A stretch of 62,278 nucleotides of DNA, counting the filler, from Chiloscyllium plagiosum (Eukaryota): the NCBI RefSeq assembly GCF_004010195.1. It is 2 parts of one record of this genome, joined end to end, with 100 filler letters (N's around TTAATTAATTAA, not from the genome) between each part and the next. Parts side by side here need not be neighbours in the genome. Positions count along the whole stretch, not along the records: positions 1 to 31,126 come from NC_057713.1; 1 more part is not named here. One strand, given 5' to 3'. Below the pieces are notes generated by a model. The model made no database searches and was not told the DNA's origin. It worked only from the letters and a program-made list of their open reading frames with translations. Below are positions 13,121-26,229 of this stretch, in pieces. The position numbers and the translations under genes were made by a program. Position 1 is the stretch's first letter; each line of letters opens with the position of its first letter.

Positions 13121-13507
13121 CAAATTAGAAAAGAATCTTTAACTATTTCTTTGTTTTTAATTTGTCTTTACTTACAAAAGTCACATTTAATCTTTAAAAG
13201 TGATGTACAGGATGTAAGCCCTTGACTCTGTGGGGCCTCTTAGCCATTTACACCATCTTTCAGTGATAGTAAAACTAAGATTTAATTCCTCGCAAAAAGT
13301 AAGAACATCAAAGTTAAAACATTACCTTAATTGTATACTGAAGTAGGAATACTGTAGACAAGAAATTAAGTATCCATCCGTGAGTTTCCACTAAAGTTCT
13401 TCAGCCAAAATCTGAGGATATTTGTTCTGTGTCTTATAACTTTTTGTCATGTATATTTTCCCTTTGTGGTGAGATTTATTCCAAGCTGACTGTTTTCATG
13501 AGATATT
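13121..13507 (+). repeat. Local duplication, copy 2
   Basis: Direct repeat of 12044-12435 about 1.07 kb downstream, with a short internal inversion. Confidence 0.93.
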
Positions 13508-14682
13508 GAGTGATTTGTTAGTAGAAGTCTGGGTCACTGGCACTGATTTTGTCCCTCTCGTCTTATAACAAATTGGCTATGAATAGCGCGACCTTGTAGT
13601 TAGTCAGCAGGAAGATATAAACTCTTTCCTTTTCATATAGTTGACATAACAGATGTAAAAATCTTGCAAGATTAAAATATTGAAAAAAAATGGAGATTCT
13701 TGTAATTTATGATTTTCAATTATTTGATGTTTAAATTCAATCTGTAATTTTAAAAAAGATCTCTTGCTGTCTTTAGATTTTTTAATAAAAGTGAGATGTT
13801 TCAGTACCAGAAGCACGTAGCCAGTCTGCATTTATGAAGGGTCTGATGGGTTAACCTTTCACATCTGGCAGAAAATCCACATCTCAGCCATTCGTTCTCT
13901 ACACAGATGCTGGCTGGTCTGCTGAATGGCTCCAGCATCACCTGCAACCATTTGTTCTCCATTCATTCTCCGATGGTATTCTGTCTCAATAAGTCAAATA
14001 ATTTGAACAATTATTGAGGAAATATGTGTTAATCTTTGACAAGTTACTCATTCTGGATTTCTTGATTTGTGTTCTTCAGTCTCTGGAAGTATTTCCGTCT
14101 AGTCTTCCCTTCTGTTCTGATTCTCCGATTGTAACGCAAACCAAACTCTTGCTAGTTCTATTATTTCAGCTGAAAGTATTTTTGGTAATATATTAGCACT
14201 TCACTCACTCAAACAGGGTGTTTTTTTACATTCAGCCATTAAATTCTTTGTGAACTCCGTATCACTTTTAATCATTATGAATTTTAAAGGAAAAACAAGA
14301 TCAGCGCAAAATAATGTAGTGCCACATCCAATTATTTTTGGGAAATCTATTCAGTGTAAATTTTTTTTAATTGAAATTACAATTGGAGTGTAATTTTTTT
14401 GGATAAGTAATCCTCCATTGTATACTTGAGCTTTGAAATCCAGAAGTCTTTATCTCCAATGATAAACATCCCAAGTAAGATTGTTTCTTTTAATTTAACA
14501 AAAATATAAATGGTATAACCCTTTAAAATTGCAGAGAGAAAGTGTGCAACTTTTGCTGAATTATAAATTTAGTATCAAAGCATGGGCAGACTGTGTAAAT
14601 TCCTGAGCAAATTTGTTTTCAAGACTTTTTTTGATCTTGAGATGTAAGCAACTTTTAGGTTTTGATTAGTTGAAATTAGTAA

Positions 14683-14895
<213 letters not shown>

Positions 14896-16189
14896 TAATT
14901 ATATGCTCCCAATAGAGGTGAACTGTCAATTTTGCTGAGCTAGCAGGTTTGAGCCAAATGATCAATGTCACATTTTACAAGCCTTTTCATTTATATAAAA
15001 AAAAACAGCTGCTTTTGTTGATTTGTAGCTCCTGTTTAGTCCATTTATTTTGCAAACCTCCTTTAAAGTTCCAGATGATATAAACTAAGAGAGCAACACA
15101 CCCCTAAAAGCAGGGCACCACCAACAGTAATTGTAACTGCTGGATTGTACACCTTTTCCTCTTATATCGTAACGTAGGATTACAGGGATATCAATGCCCC
15201 AATTATAAATATGCTTAGTTTCTTGCGAGAAGTGCTTTAATATCATGTCACTCTTTTGAAGAGCTGCAGTTTTTTGTTACAATATACACACTGCAGTGCT
15301 GGTGCTAATGCCATTCTCCAGGCTTGTACTACAGGCTATAGACTGATTAATTTCTTATCAGAGTCAAAGCAACTTGGTTAAAATGGTTTCACCACAAACC
15401 AATGGAGGATATAAGCATTCTGTCTTGGTATCGTGGGGGCAGGCAACACAGCGCGAAGCTGATGTTATACTCTGTGCCATTGTACGTTGGTTTGAAGCAA
15501 ACAAAAGCCACTCGTGCTGGCAGCGGATTCCAGCAATGTCAAGGTTTATTAGTTTGTTGACCCAGTCACTGAAAGACACATGGAGTCTAGCACTTGCATT
15601 CGTTTGAAGCAAGAAATAAGAAAATCAAAAAGATATTCAGAAACAATTGGTCTTCATTTCCTCTATTACATTCCAGTGTATAGTGCATATTTTACAAAAT
15701 GATCCTTATGAATATATTATGTAATTGAAAACATGCATAACTGTCATTCACTCTGAAGAAACTTCAGAGTTGAAAGGTCATACGTTTAAAAATAATGTAT
15801 GTTTTTATTCCAGTCAGCAGTTTAAGGATTTAAATTTCCACAAATATTGACTGGTGGGATAGACTCAGCTGTCTGTTCAAATTTTATGGATTGGTTATAT
15901 TATTAATTAGGCTGATGTATTGTAAAGAGGACAGGTATTTATGACCTGGTGCTCTGAATTTGCAAGCACAGTTTTTTTTTAGAAGGAACTCTATAGTCGA
16001 GGCAATGCAAACTTGTGGATACTGTTTCAGTCCTCATTGGGACCAATAGCTATGTAGGAAATAGAAGCGATCAGCATAATAAATTAGACGTCATGACTTC
16101 ATGTTTTAAAATGTTTACTGTGACAAACAAACTGAAATTAACATTGGCTAAACATTATTACAGTAGGTAATTAATGCACTAAAGTAAAG

Positions 16190-17780
16190 AAATATTTGTA
16201 TCATCGATAGTCACAGATGAAGTGTCGAAAGACTGGAGGTTGGCTAATGTGGTGCCACTGTTTAAGAAGGGTGGTAAGGACAAGCTAGGGAACTATAGAC
16301 CAGTGAGCCTGACATCAGTGGCGGGCAAGTTGTTGGAGGAAATCCTGAAGGACAGAATTTACGTGTATTTGGAAAGGCAAGGACTGATTAGGGATATCAA
16401 CATGGCTTTGTGCATCGGAAATGATGTATCACTAGCTTGATTGAGTTTTTTGAAGAAGTAACGAAGAGATTGATGAGGGTAGAGTGGTGAACATAATGTA
16501 TATGGACTTCAGTTAGGCGATCGATAAGGTTCCTCATGATAGACTGGTTAGCAAGGTTAGGTCTCATGGAATACAGGGAGAACTAGCCATTTGATACAGA
16601 ACTGGCTCGATGGTAGAAGGTGGTGTTGGAGGGTTGCCTTTCAGTTTGGAAGCCTGTGAGCAATGGTGTGCCACAAGGATCAGTGCTGGGTCCACTCCTT
16701 TTCATCATTTATATAAATGATTTGAATGTGAGCATAGGAGGTATAGTTAGTAAGTTTGCAGATGACACCAAAATTGGAGGCGTAGTGGACGATGAAGAAG
16801 GTTACCTCAAAGTACAATGGGATCTTGATCAGATCGGCCTGTGGGCCGAGGAGTGGCAAATGGAGTTTAATTTAGATAAATGTGAGGTGCTGCATTTTGG
16901 AAAGACAAATCAGGGCAGGACTTATACACTTAATGGTAAGGTCCTGGGGAGTGTTGCTGAGCGAAGAGACCTTGGAGTCCGAGTTCATACTTCCTTGAAA
17001 ATGGAGTCGCAGGTAGTTGGATAGTGAAGAACGCATTTGGTACACTTACCTTTATTGGTCAGAGCATTGAGTATAGGAGTTGGGAGGTCCTGTTCCGGTT
17101 GTACAGGACATTGGTTAGGCGATTGGTCACCTCTATCGGAAGGATGTTGTGAAACTTGAAAGGGTTCAGAACACATTTACAAGGATGTTGTCAAGGTTGG
17201 AGGATTTGAGCTGTAGGGAGAGGCTGAATAGGCTGGGGCTGTTTTCCCTGAAGCTAAGGGGTGATCTTATCGAGGTTTATAAAATCATGAGGGGCATGGA
17301 TCGGGTAAATAGACAAGGTCTTTTCCCTGGGATGGGGGAATCCAGAACTGGAGGGCACAGGTTTAGTAGAGGGGAAAAATTTAAAAGGGACCTTAGGGGT
17401 AACTTTTTCACACAGAGGGTGGTGCTGTATGGAATGAGCTGCCAAAGGTAGTGGAGGAGGCTGGTACAATTACAACATGTAAAAGGCATCTGGTTGAGTA
17501 CATGAATAAGAAGGGTTTAGAGGGATATGGGCCGGGTGCTGGCAAATGGGACTAGATAAGTTTAGGATCCGACCTAAACTTAGGACCATGTTCTGGTCGG
17601 CATGGACAAGTAGGACCGAAGGGTCTGTTTCCATGCTGTACATCTCTATGACTTTAAGGGTGCTGGCAAATGGGACTAGATAAGTTTAGGATCCGACCTA
17701 AACTTAGGACCATGTTCTGTCGGCATGGACAAGTAGGACCGAAGGGTCTGTTTCCATGCTGTACATCTCTATGACTTTAA
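16190..17780 (+). mobile_element. CR1/HER1-type LINE 3' part (RT), last ~124 bp tandemly duplicated
   Basis: [27 protein letters not shown]; 17534-17657 repeated at 17658-17780. Confidence 0.95.
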
Positions 17781-17838
17781 GAGATGTCCTCCATTAACCT
17801 TACAGCCCTTAAACCCATGCACACTCAGTGGAAGTAGA

Positions 17839-19197
17839 TTCATAGAGATGTACAGCATGGAAAATGACCCTTTGGTCCAACCTGTCCATGCCGACCAGAT
17901 CTCCCAACCCGATCTAGTCCCACCTGCCAGCACCCGACCCATATCCCTCCAAGCCCTTCCTATTCAGATACCCATCCAAATGCCTTTTAAATGTTGCAGT
18001 TGTACCAGCCTCCACCAATTCCTCTTGCAGCTCATTCCATACACATACCACCCTCTGCGTGAAAAAGTTGCACCGTAGGTCTCTTTTATATCTTTCCCCT
18101 CTTACCCTAAACATATGCCCTCTAGATCTGGACTCCCTGACCCCAGGGAAAAAAGTTTGCCTATTTACCCTATCCATGCCCCTCATAATTTTGTAAACCT
18201 CTATAAAGTCACCCCTCAGCCTCCGACGCTCCAGGGAAAACAGCCTCAACCTGTTCAGCCTCTCCCTATAGCTCAAATCGTCCAACCCTGGCAACCTCCT
18301 TGTAAATCTTTTCTGAACCCTTTCAAGTTTCACAACATCTTTCCAATAGGAAGGAGACCAGAATTGCAAGCAATATTCCAACAGTGGCCTCACGAATGTC
18401 CTGTACAGCCGCAACATGACCTCCCAACTCCTGTACTCAATATTCTGACCAATAAAGGAAAGCATACCAAACGCCTTCTTCACTATCCTATCTACCTGCG
18501 ACTCCACTTTCAAGNNNNNNNNNNNNNNNNNNNNNNNNNNNNNNNNNNNNNNNNNNNNNNNNNNNNNNNNNNNNNNNNNNNNNNNNNNNNNNNNNNNNNN
18601 NNNNNNNNNNNNNNNNNNNNNNNNNNNNNNNNNNNNNNNNNNNNNNNNNNNNNNNNNNNNNNNNNNNNNNNNNNNNNNNNNNNNNNNNNNNNNNNNNNNN
18701 NNNNNNNNNNNNNNNNNNNNNNNNNNNNNNNNNNNNNNNNNNNNNNNNNNNNNNNNNNNNNNNNNNNNNNNNNNNNNNNNNNNNNNNNNNNNNNNNNNNN
18801 NNNNNNNNNNNNNNNNNNNNNNNNNNNNNNNNNNNNNNNNNNNNNNNNNNNNNNNNNNNNNNNNNNNNNNNNNNNNNNNNNNNNNNNNNNNNNNNNNNNN
18901 NNNNNNNNNNNNNNNNNNNNNNNNNNNNNNNNNNNNNNNNNNNNNNNNNNNNNNNNNNNNNNNNNATCTCAGCAAGAGGCCCAGCAATCACTTCTCTAGC
19001 TTCCCACAGAGTTCTACGGAACACCTGATCAGGTCCTGGGGATTTATGCATTTCAAGACATCCAGCACTTCCTCCTCTGGAATATGGACATTTTGCAAGA
19101 TGTCACCATCTATTTCCGTACAGTCTATATCTTCCATATCCTTTTCAACAGTAAATACTGATGCAAGATACTCATTTAGTATCTCCCCCATTTTCTC
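17839..19197 (-). mobile_element. CR1/HER1-type LINE 3' part; spans N gap 18515-18965
   Basis: Minus-strand YRTFVRPLLEYCLQFWSP, KSPGPD motifs. Confidence 0.95.
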
Positions 19198-20527
19198 TCC
19201 CTTGCCCTACCATGGTAAATCTTCCAGTGTCCTTTTAAACAAACTCTCTTCACTCAGTCATCTGATTTTGCGGATGGAGAGGGTTGGCTTGGGGAAAGTG
19301 AACACAGATATCGGGAACGAAGTAAAACAAGAGATTAAAGCAATTTATTTACCCTGTATGGAGTAAAAGCAATTGTGTTGACAAACTACCATATTTTTAA
19401 AAACATCTTTAGTAGTATTTGGTTGGGATCAGTGTTTAAGGTTCAGGGACTAAATATCAAGGAACAACATAAGGCTCTAAGACACAAAGTGGCTCCTTTG
19501 GATGCTCTGGCCGAATTATATTACATGTTGATGGTAGCAGATGGGGACTTAACAGTGCAACATTTCCCAAATAAGATATAGGTTTCATCTATGCCATTTG
19601 GATCTTCGGGCCTGCTCTGCTATGCAGTTATCTCATGACTGATTTGGTTGTGACTCACTTTTCAAATTCCTCATCCCCAATGGCAAATTGTACTTGGCAG
19701 TTATGTAGATTAAAAATCTATATTGAATATATTCATTAATCCACCCTTCATTGCTCTCAGGGATGGAGAATTGACCACTTTTGGAGAGTACCTGGGGACA
19801 CCTCTGCTTTGATTAAGTGGAAGGGGTTATGTCTGTGATTGACAGGTTGTATGTGGATATCTGCCCCCTGGCACTCCATTACTGACACCAGGAGGAGAGG
19901 AGATTGCTTAATTGCTAATTGTTGGAGGATACCTAAACAGTGTCACTTGAGTGCTTGTGTGGCCATTTAATTCCATCAGGCTTCCACCACTGGATGAGAC
20001 TCCTTTCCTCATCAATGTTAAATTTCACTCGTATGATGTATGGTAGATGTAAGGCCTTTGTTTATCCCATGAAATTGCTACAGAATGTTAGCTGTTGACC
20101 ATTATTTGAATCTGGGTCTTTTTCTCTGTTTTCTACCGAAGATGTTAAGGGATCCTGACAGAATAAAATGATAGCCAAATTGACTGTAACCATGGTCCAA
20201 GTGTACGCAACATATGCAAAACAATTCCCATATGTGGCAATAAATCTTGTCACTTGATTGCTGAACAGTCATGACAACACTTGGAAAGCAGTTTGTAAAT
20301 GCAGTCAGTTCAGGGATGATGACCTTTGAATCAAAGCATAATAAATAATTATATAAAGCCTGCTCACTGTTAGCTAACATTTCTAACTTTGTTAGCAACA
20401 TATAAAGAGTTTTTCACTAAAAATGCATCATGTTAATTTTTTCCATATTTAATTTTTTTTTTAAATTCCCTTCCTAAAAGGTGTGTTAATATATTTTTTC
20501 TTCCAACTAAACTACATTTCATTCATC

Positions 20528-20915
20528 TTAAGGTCTTTCAAGGATGTTAGAAGAATAAAGGATATTTATGATAAACCAAATTCTAAAAGGGCTAGACCAG
20601 GTGAATGTGGGAAGGATGTTTCTGATGTATGGAAGGTCAGAGTCTGAGAATACTGGGTATGCCATCAAGGAGAAAGATGAGAAATAAGGAGAATAAATGG
20701 TGAGCCTGTGGAATTCTCTGCCACAGAAAGTGGTTGAGACCAAATCATTGAATGTTTTCAGGAAGAAGCTAGAAATAGGCCTTGGGAGAAAACAAGTCAA
20801 AGGGTATGGAGAGAAAGCAGGAACTGAGTACTGAACTGGAAGATCAGCCTTGATCATATTGAATGATAGAATGTACTTGAAGCACTGCCTACTTCTCCTA
20901 TTTTCTATGTTTTTA
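20528..20915 (+). mobile_element. Older CR1 3' end
   Basis: tgagcctgtggaattctctgccacagaaag...gatcagccttgatcatattgaatg; similar to 27060-27290. Confidence 0.75.
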
Positions 20916-22830
20916 TGTTGAGGAAAGAAAAAGGCAGTGTTTGGTTCAGCTGTGATCCTTCCAGTGACCAGGTAGCCTGTCAATGCTCACTGTCTAGTTA
21001 GTATGATAGGAAACAGCTCCTCTGAAAATCTACTTCCTCTTATTACTGGCCCGGTGAGTGTATTTTTGTGTTTATCCACTTGAACCATTTTGTGATTTTT
21101 GTGATGTGCTGTCCTCACAATCATCTGAGATATCAAATTGTTGACATCTTCCATTCATGAAACCCCACCTTCAAAAGATTTGTTTTGTAAGATAGTCAAA
21201 GCATCTTGAGTTCTTGAGGAATCTTTATTTATTGAAGAGACTTAATATTTAGATTCACCTCCATAAATATTTTTATATAAAACTTTATAAGTGTTCCAGA
21301 AAGTTGGCCATCTGGATAGAAATGCAGAAGATCCCATTTTAAATGCGATGCCAAGAAGCATAAGGCTCTTGCCAAGACTCCATATGTTCAATTAATCCTT
21401 TTATGGACGTAGCTGACTTTCCCCTCCCAAAGGCCTTGAATAATCCTACTGCCTTCATTTAACTTTTTAAAGGAAGGGCACTTTACTTTTAATATTTCTT
21501 GTCTTCAGTCATTAGATTTTCCCACCATTTAACATTCTTGCCTCTTGCACAAGAATTTGTCGTTGATATTGAGGATGGCATTTTGCTACTGTCACATGTT
21601 CAAACTAATTCAGAATAAGCTCATGATTGATTTTTTTTTAAAAAGCTGTGAATACTTAAAACAAAAATCTGCCATTACACTGACAGATTTCTTCCTGTCT
21701 TGTAACAGCACAAGGTTCTTTACTACCGTGATTGTCATGGACTGATTAAAGGTTTAAAATATTTCTACTGATTATTACCTACTGACTGTTTTATTTCATA
21801 ATGCTGGTTAATACAGAATGCGCAAGTGGTTACTGACTTTCAGTGACACAAAAAGGAGCAGCTAACCAATTCCCAAGTTGCATAACTTGCATGCCACTGT
21901 AGAAAGTAAGAGACACTAGAGCTGACAGAAAAATGTGAAGCCGAAGTGTCATCTTCAACAGTTACCAACTGTACTGACAGGCAGTACGCATGATATTCAC
22001 AGACCACTCTCCACAAGCCCCAAGACAGCAGAAAGCCAGCTGCAAAGACCTACCATCGGCTGTGATCTCAAGTCATCGTCACTTCCTATAAAGCATTCAC
22101 TATCATAGACATGGATTGGTGGAGAATTGACTGTATTAGTATTACTTCATGTCACATCACCTTTGTTTCAAGTAGAGCCAGTCTCGCCAGTCTCAGTCAT
22201 TGTCAGGAGACTTATTGCTACATGTCCACGTTTTGTTTCCATTCATTTTTGTCTGTGGCTACTTCACTAACTCTTCACCTGTGCCTAGGCTATTATTGAG
22301 TTGAAATGCATTTTGAGTCTTTCTAGAAGTTTTCTATATTCTTATCCCTTATTCCCATGATCCTCTTGAATTATTTTGTTGCCTTTGAGTTCCACTTCTG
22401 TATAAATTAGTTACCATCCAAGTTTCACTTGAATCTGTAAATTAATTATGCAAGTTGACCCAGGAAAATTATGTCATTAATATTTATTATCATCAGTTCT
22501 CAATCATTCAATCCTACTAGTATAAGTAGGTTAAAAAAAAACTCCGCAGAAATGATACCTGATAAATGACTACTTGTGCTGGTTGTTAGAAGATCACAAT
22601 TCTTATTCCCTGGAAGGTGGTTCCATGGTTTTAATCTTCTCAATTATAAATAAATGGAAAATTATTTCTTAACCCTTAAGTAATTAGGTGTTTATTTAAT
22701 ACCTCTGCAGAGTTCTGTTGCATACTCTTATCTGAAAGTAAGTAAGTCAAAAATCAAACATATGTTTATAACATTTGGTAAATCCTAGCTGCAGTGATAT
22801 TTTTCTACCTCTTGCTTTTAATTTCAAAAG

Positions 22831-22952
22831 GTGATTCCAGATGAAATCCTTAAGAACCTGTTGGAAGAACTTCCACAACCACGGCAGGTACCCAGAAGGT
22901 TGAATGAATACACTCAAGAAGAGATTAATGCCTTCCCAAGACTATGGACGCC
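22831..22952 (+). CDS. MRPL13: MRPL13 penultimate coding exon (122 nt)
   Basis: atttcaaaag|GTGATT...TGGACGCC|gtaagt; [41 protein letters not shown], matching the vertebrate MRPL13 C-terminal region. Confidence 0.96.
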
Positions 22953-23792
22953 GTAAGTGAATATAACTTCGTAGTTTTGGCAAATTTGCCAAACTACAAA
23001 ACCACATAGCATGCTACTTTTCAACAGTTTTCATTCAAGACTGATGGGTTAGGTACAGACAGTAAAACTCCACAATTAGTAATAAGCTGTGTATTTTCCA
23101 AACGCAAGCTTTAGCACTGCAGTCGGTGGTGCTTTGTTGAAATGTTTACTGAATTGTAAATACCAATGATTTACTGTTACACTCCTAATTAGCTTTCCAA
23201 CTGGTGATGGAATAACTTTTGACAACTGTGATCCTGGTTAATGTTTTCAATCCTATTTTCCCTAATGTTCACTGATGTTTAATCTAATCCTGGAAATTGT
23301 GTGAATTTAGCTTTTGTGAGTGTAGCTAAGCCCTTTTCACACTGTGCAGAGCAGAGGAAACATCTGGAAGTGAATGGAGCAAAAATTGTAAGTCCAGACA
23401 ATGAAGATGTACAGAATATATTGTTCTATCTCTGGAGATCCATTTGTATGTGATCCAGAACATTTAAATTAATGTCTTTTACCAAAAGTATTTATTAGTA
23501 GCTGGAAAAACATTGTCCAAAGATTTATTTATTAAACAATTTTATCAGAAAAATAAGGAAGAAAAATGAACTGTAACATTTGGCAAACCTGCTGTCTCCT
23601 GCTATTTGATTTTCACACTGTGCCACTCTCTCACAATGCCTCAGGCTCTTCAATGCCCCATGCGCTCTTTTGGCGCCTCATACTCTCCTTTGGCACTTTA
23701 CGCTTTCCTTCTTTGCCTCTTATTCTCCCTCAATGCCCCATGCTCTCCTTTAGTGCCTTACAATTTAACTGCCCCGCCCCGTGCACTGTTCA

Positions 23793-23845
23793 CTCTCTCT
23801 CTCTCTCTCTCTCTCTCGCTTTCTCTCTCTCTCTCTCTCTCTCTC
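23793..23845. repeat. (CT)n microsatellite
   Basis: Directly visible interrupted CT run. Confidence 0.95.
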
Positions 23846-24713
23846 GGTCCATGAGTCCAACAGCTAACCCAAGTATTTAGTACGTTCCAATGAGTCACCC
23901 TTAGCCAAACTGCAGCTTCTCGAAGGTATAGTTTGTTTGGATTCGGAGCTGACATCACTGTTCTGTCGCCAATGTAAGAAGCTATCTTGGCAGCTGTATA
24001 TTTGGTAAAAATGAAACAACATAGACATAACTCGAGCAATCATGAAAACACTGAGGAAGGCCACTGAGGCCACAGTAGAATTTATTTTATGTTCAGCAAG
24101 TAGGGGAAGAGAGGGAGGAACCCAATTTCATAAGATAGATGCTTAGGCAGAGTCACACAAACTGAGGATTGGAAGTACACCACCATTGGTAGACTTTGGA
24201 GTGGGCAATCTGGGTAGACGCATACAGACATGTATGCAGCAGCATGGGAAACATCAAACTAAAGATGCCACAGCCAAAGGCTGTTTTGCCAATAGGGGCT
24301 ATATTATGTCAAATGGTCATATAAGCATAGCTATATCCTGAGAATAGAAGTGAAAATAACATTCAGAGCAAAGGAGTGTTTGGAAAAAAACAAGTGATGG
24401 AATACTAGAATTAGTTATTGAGAGTATTCATCACAATTATCTGTACAAGATGGAACTATTTACAGCAGACAGCACAGCGTTATGAAGAGAAGGTACACTT
24501 TGGCAAATGTCTTCAATGCAATGACAAAAAAATGGTGTTGAGCTCCAAAATCTGATGTACCTCAATTTCCGAAAGCCTTTTGCTAAAGTTCACCATGAAT
24601 GATTACATTTGTTGCTGTGAGGGTTTTGAGTATAACCTCAAAAGAAACAGGAAATCAGTTGAAGACCAGTAGAAAAATGTCTTAACAATTTATAAGGGCT
24701 TCTATAGAAATAG

Positions 24714-25091
24714 GAAGGAAGAGAGCTTCTTCATCTTCCTCCCTCTACAAGGACTTTCTCCTCGAAGATTTTAACCTACTGCGAATCCTCATTTCCCCTC
24801 CCCCACCTTGTCTCAGTCAAATGCCTTGAACTCAGCACCGCCTTCCTAACCTGCAATCTTCTTCCTGACCTCTCCGTCCCACCCCACTCCGGCCTATCAC
24901 CCTCATCTTGACCTCCTTCCACCTATCACATTTCCAACGCCCCTCCCCCAAGTCCCTCCTCCCTACCTTTTATCTTAGCCTGCTGGGCACACTTTCCTCA
25001 TTCCTGAAGAAGGGCTTATGCCCGAAACGTCCATTCTCCTGTTCCTTGGATGCTGCCTGACCTGCTGCGCTTTTCCAGCAACACATTTTCA
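24714..25091 (+). mobile_element. PLE terminal fragment with 16-bp target-site duplication; hammerhead core at 25004-25031
   Basis: TSD gcttctatagaaatag at 24698-24713 and 25092-25107; CTGAAGA-A-GGGC(TTAT)GCCC-GAAAC-GTC. Confidence 0.88.
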
Positions 25092-25759
25092 GCTTCTATA
25101 GAAATAGTTAACCAGAGCATTACTTTATTGCTGAGCCAGTGACATTGCGCTGGCTCCACCGTGTTCATCAGGTGGACCTTATATGCTCCAATATTTAACA
25201 AGTTATATAATTCAAATGTCTTTTCAGTGTAATCACTGTTAGTCTGCTTGGCTGTGTAGCTATTGCAAGATCTAGAGGTGGACTCCTGTCAAAATTCTGA
25301 ATTTATGAAAATGGTTACTTCTGTTGTTGTTACGAGCTGTCTTACTACTGAACTCCCAACATATTTAAAAGGAACCAGGTGTTCAGTAGCAGAGCACAAA
25401 GCTGACTGTTCAAGTTGAATACAATGAAATCTCAGTGAAAACTTTACGGCTGTACCTTGTTTAAAACCCACAATTTCCTAAGAACTTAAAACATATATAT
25501 TGTCTGCACATAGTAAAAACATTAAGTAAACACAAGTTTTGTTAGATTAGAGGTTGCACTTTGTCATCCAGATGTTGATTGGAGTATTCATTATTTGTCA
25601 GCATAGATCTATTCGCAATCTCTTTGAGCTGTTCAGAAAGCCTATGTGTGTTTCAGCTGGGGGAAAAAAACACTCTTTTCACAATACTTTCAGTTTTGAG
25701 AGATACATTTTTGAAAGAATTAAACCCCTTTTGATGTACCTTGTCTAAACAATGAACAT

Positions 25760-26070
25760 CTGCTGTCGGCGATAACAACCTTTTCCCCCTCTCCCCTTCT
25801 ACTGTTGACATAGTCAAAAGCTTTCTTTTCTAACACTTTCTTTTTCAAGGTCCCCAGTTACCTTCAAGCCTGCTCTTGTCAGAAAGCTGCCGTCAAACTC
25901 TCGACCACCAATCTCCAGCCTCATCAGCCTTTCTGAAGCACATTATTATCACTCATTACAGCTGTGCTCAAAATTCCCTTTTCAGAACGCTGCAATCCAA
26001 TTTCTACAATTCTTTGCCTGGAACACTAAGACTGCTTAAAATTGCTAAATGATATCCTTTGTGACTACTC
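25760..26070 (+). mobile_element. Highly decayed L2-like RT remnant
   Basis: Traces resembling DIVN..., PIS.L, LQS.F, TAL.K..NDILCD. Confidence 0.4.
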
Positions 26071-26229
26071 ATTCTACTCAACATGTACGCTGGTGGCAAT
26101 CCCGCCTGTACTGCTGTACATACCCTTCACTCTTTCAGACTCAAATAATAAACAGATAGGCCAGTACTGACCAATACTAATGCATTGAATGGTCAGCGTG
26201 TGACCAAGGCACAATCCAGGCATTGATGC

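Noticed and set aside
17914..19051. Long ORFs spanning 18515-18965
   Set aside because: N-gap artefacts over a CR1 fragment
19860..19877. CTCF-like TGCCCCCTGG
   Set aside because: Only a partial match, with no supporting context
20316..20420. ATGATGA C-box candidate
   Set aside because: No CTGA D box or terminal stem at a suitable distance
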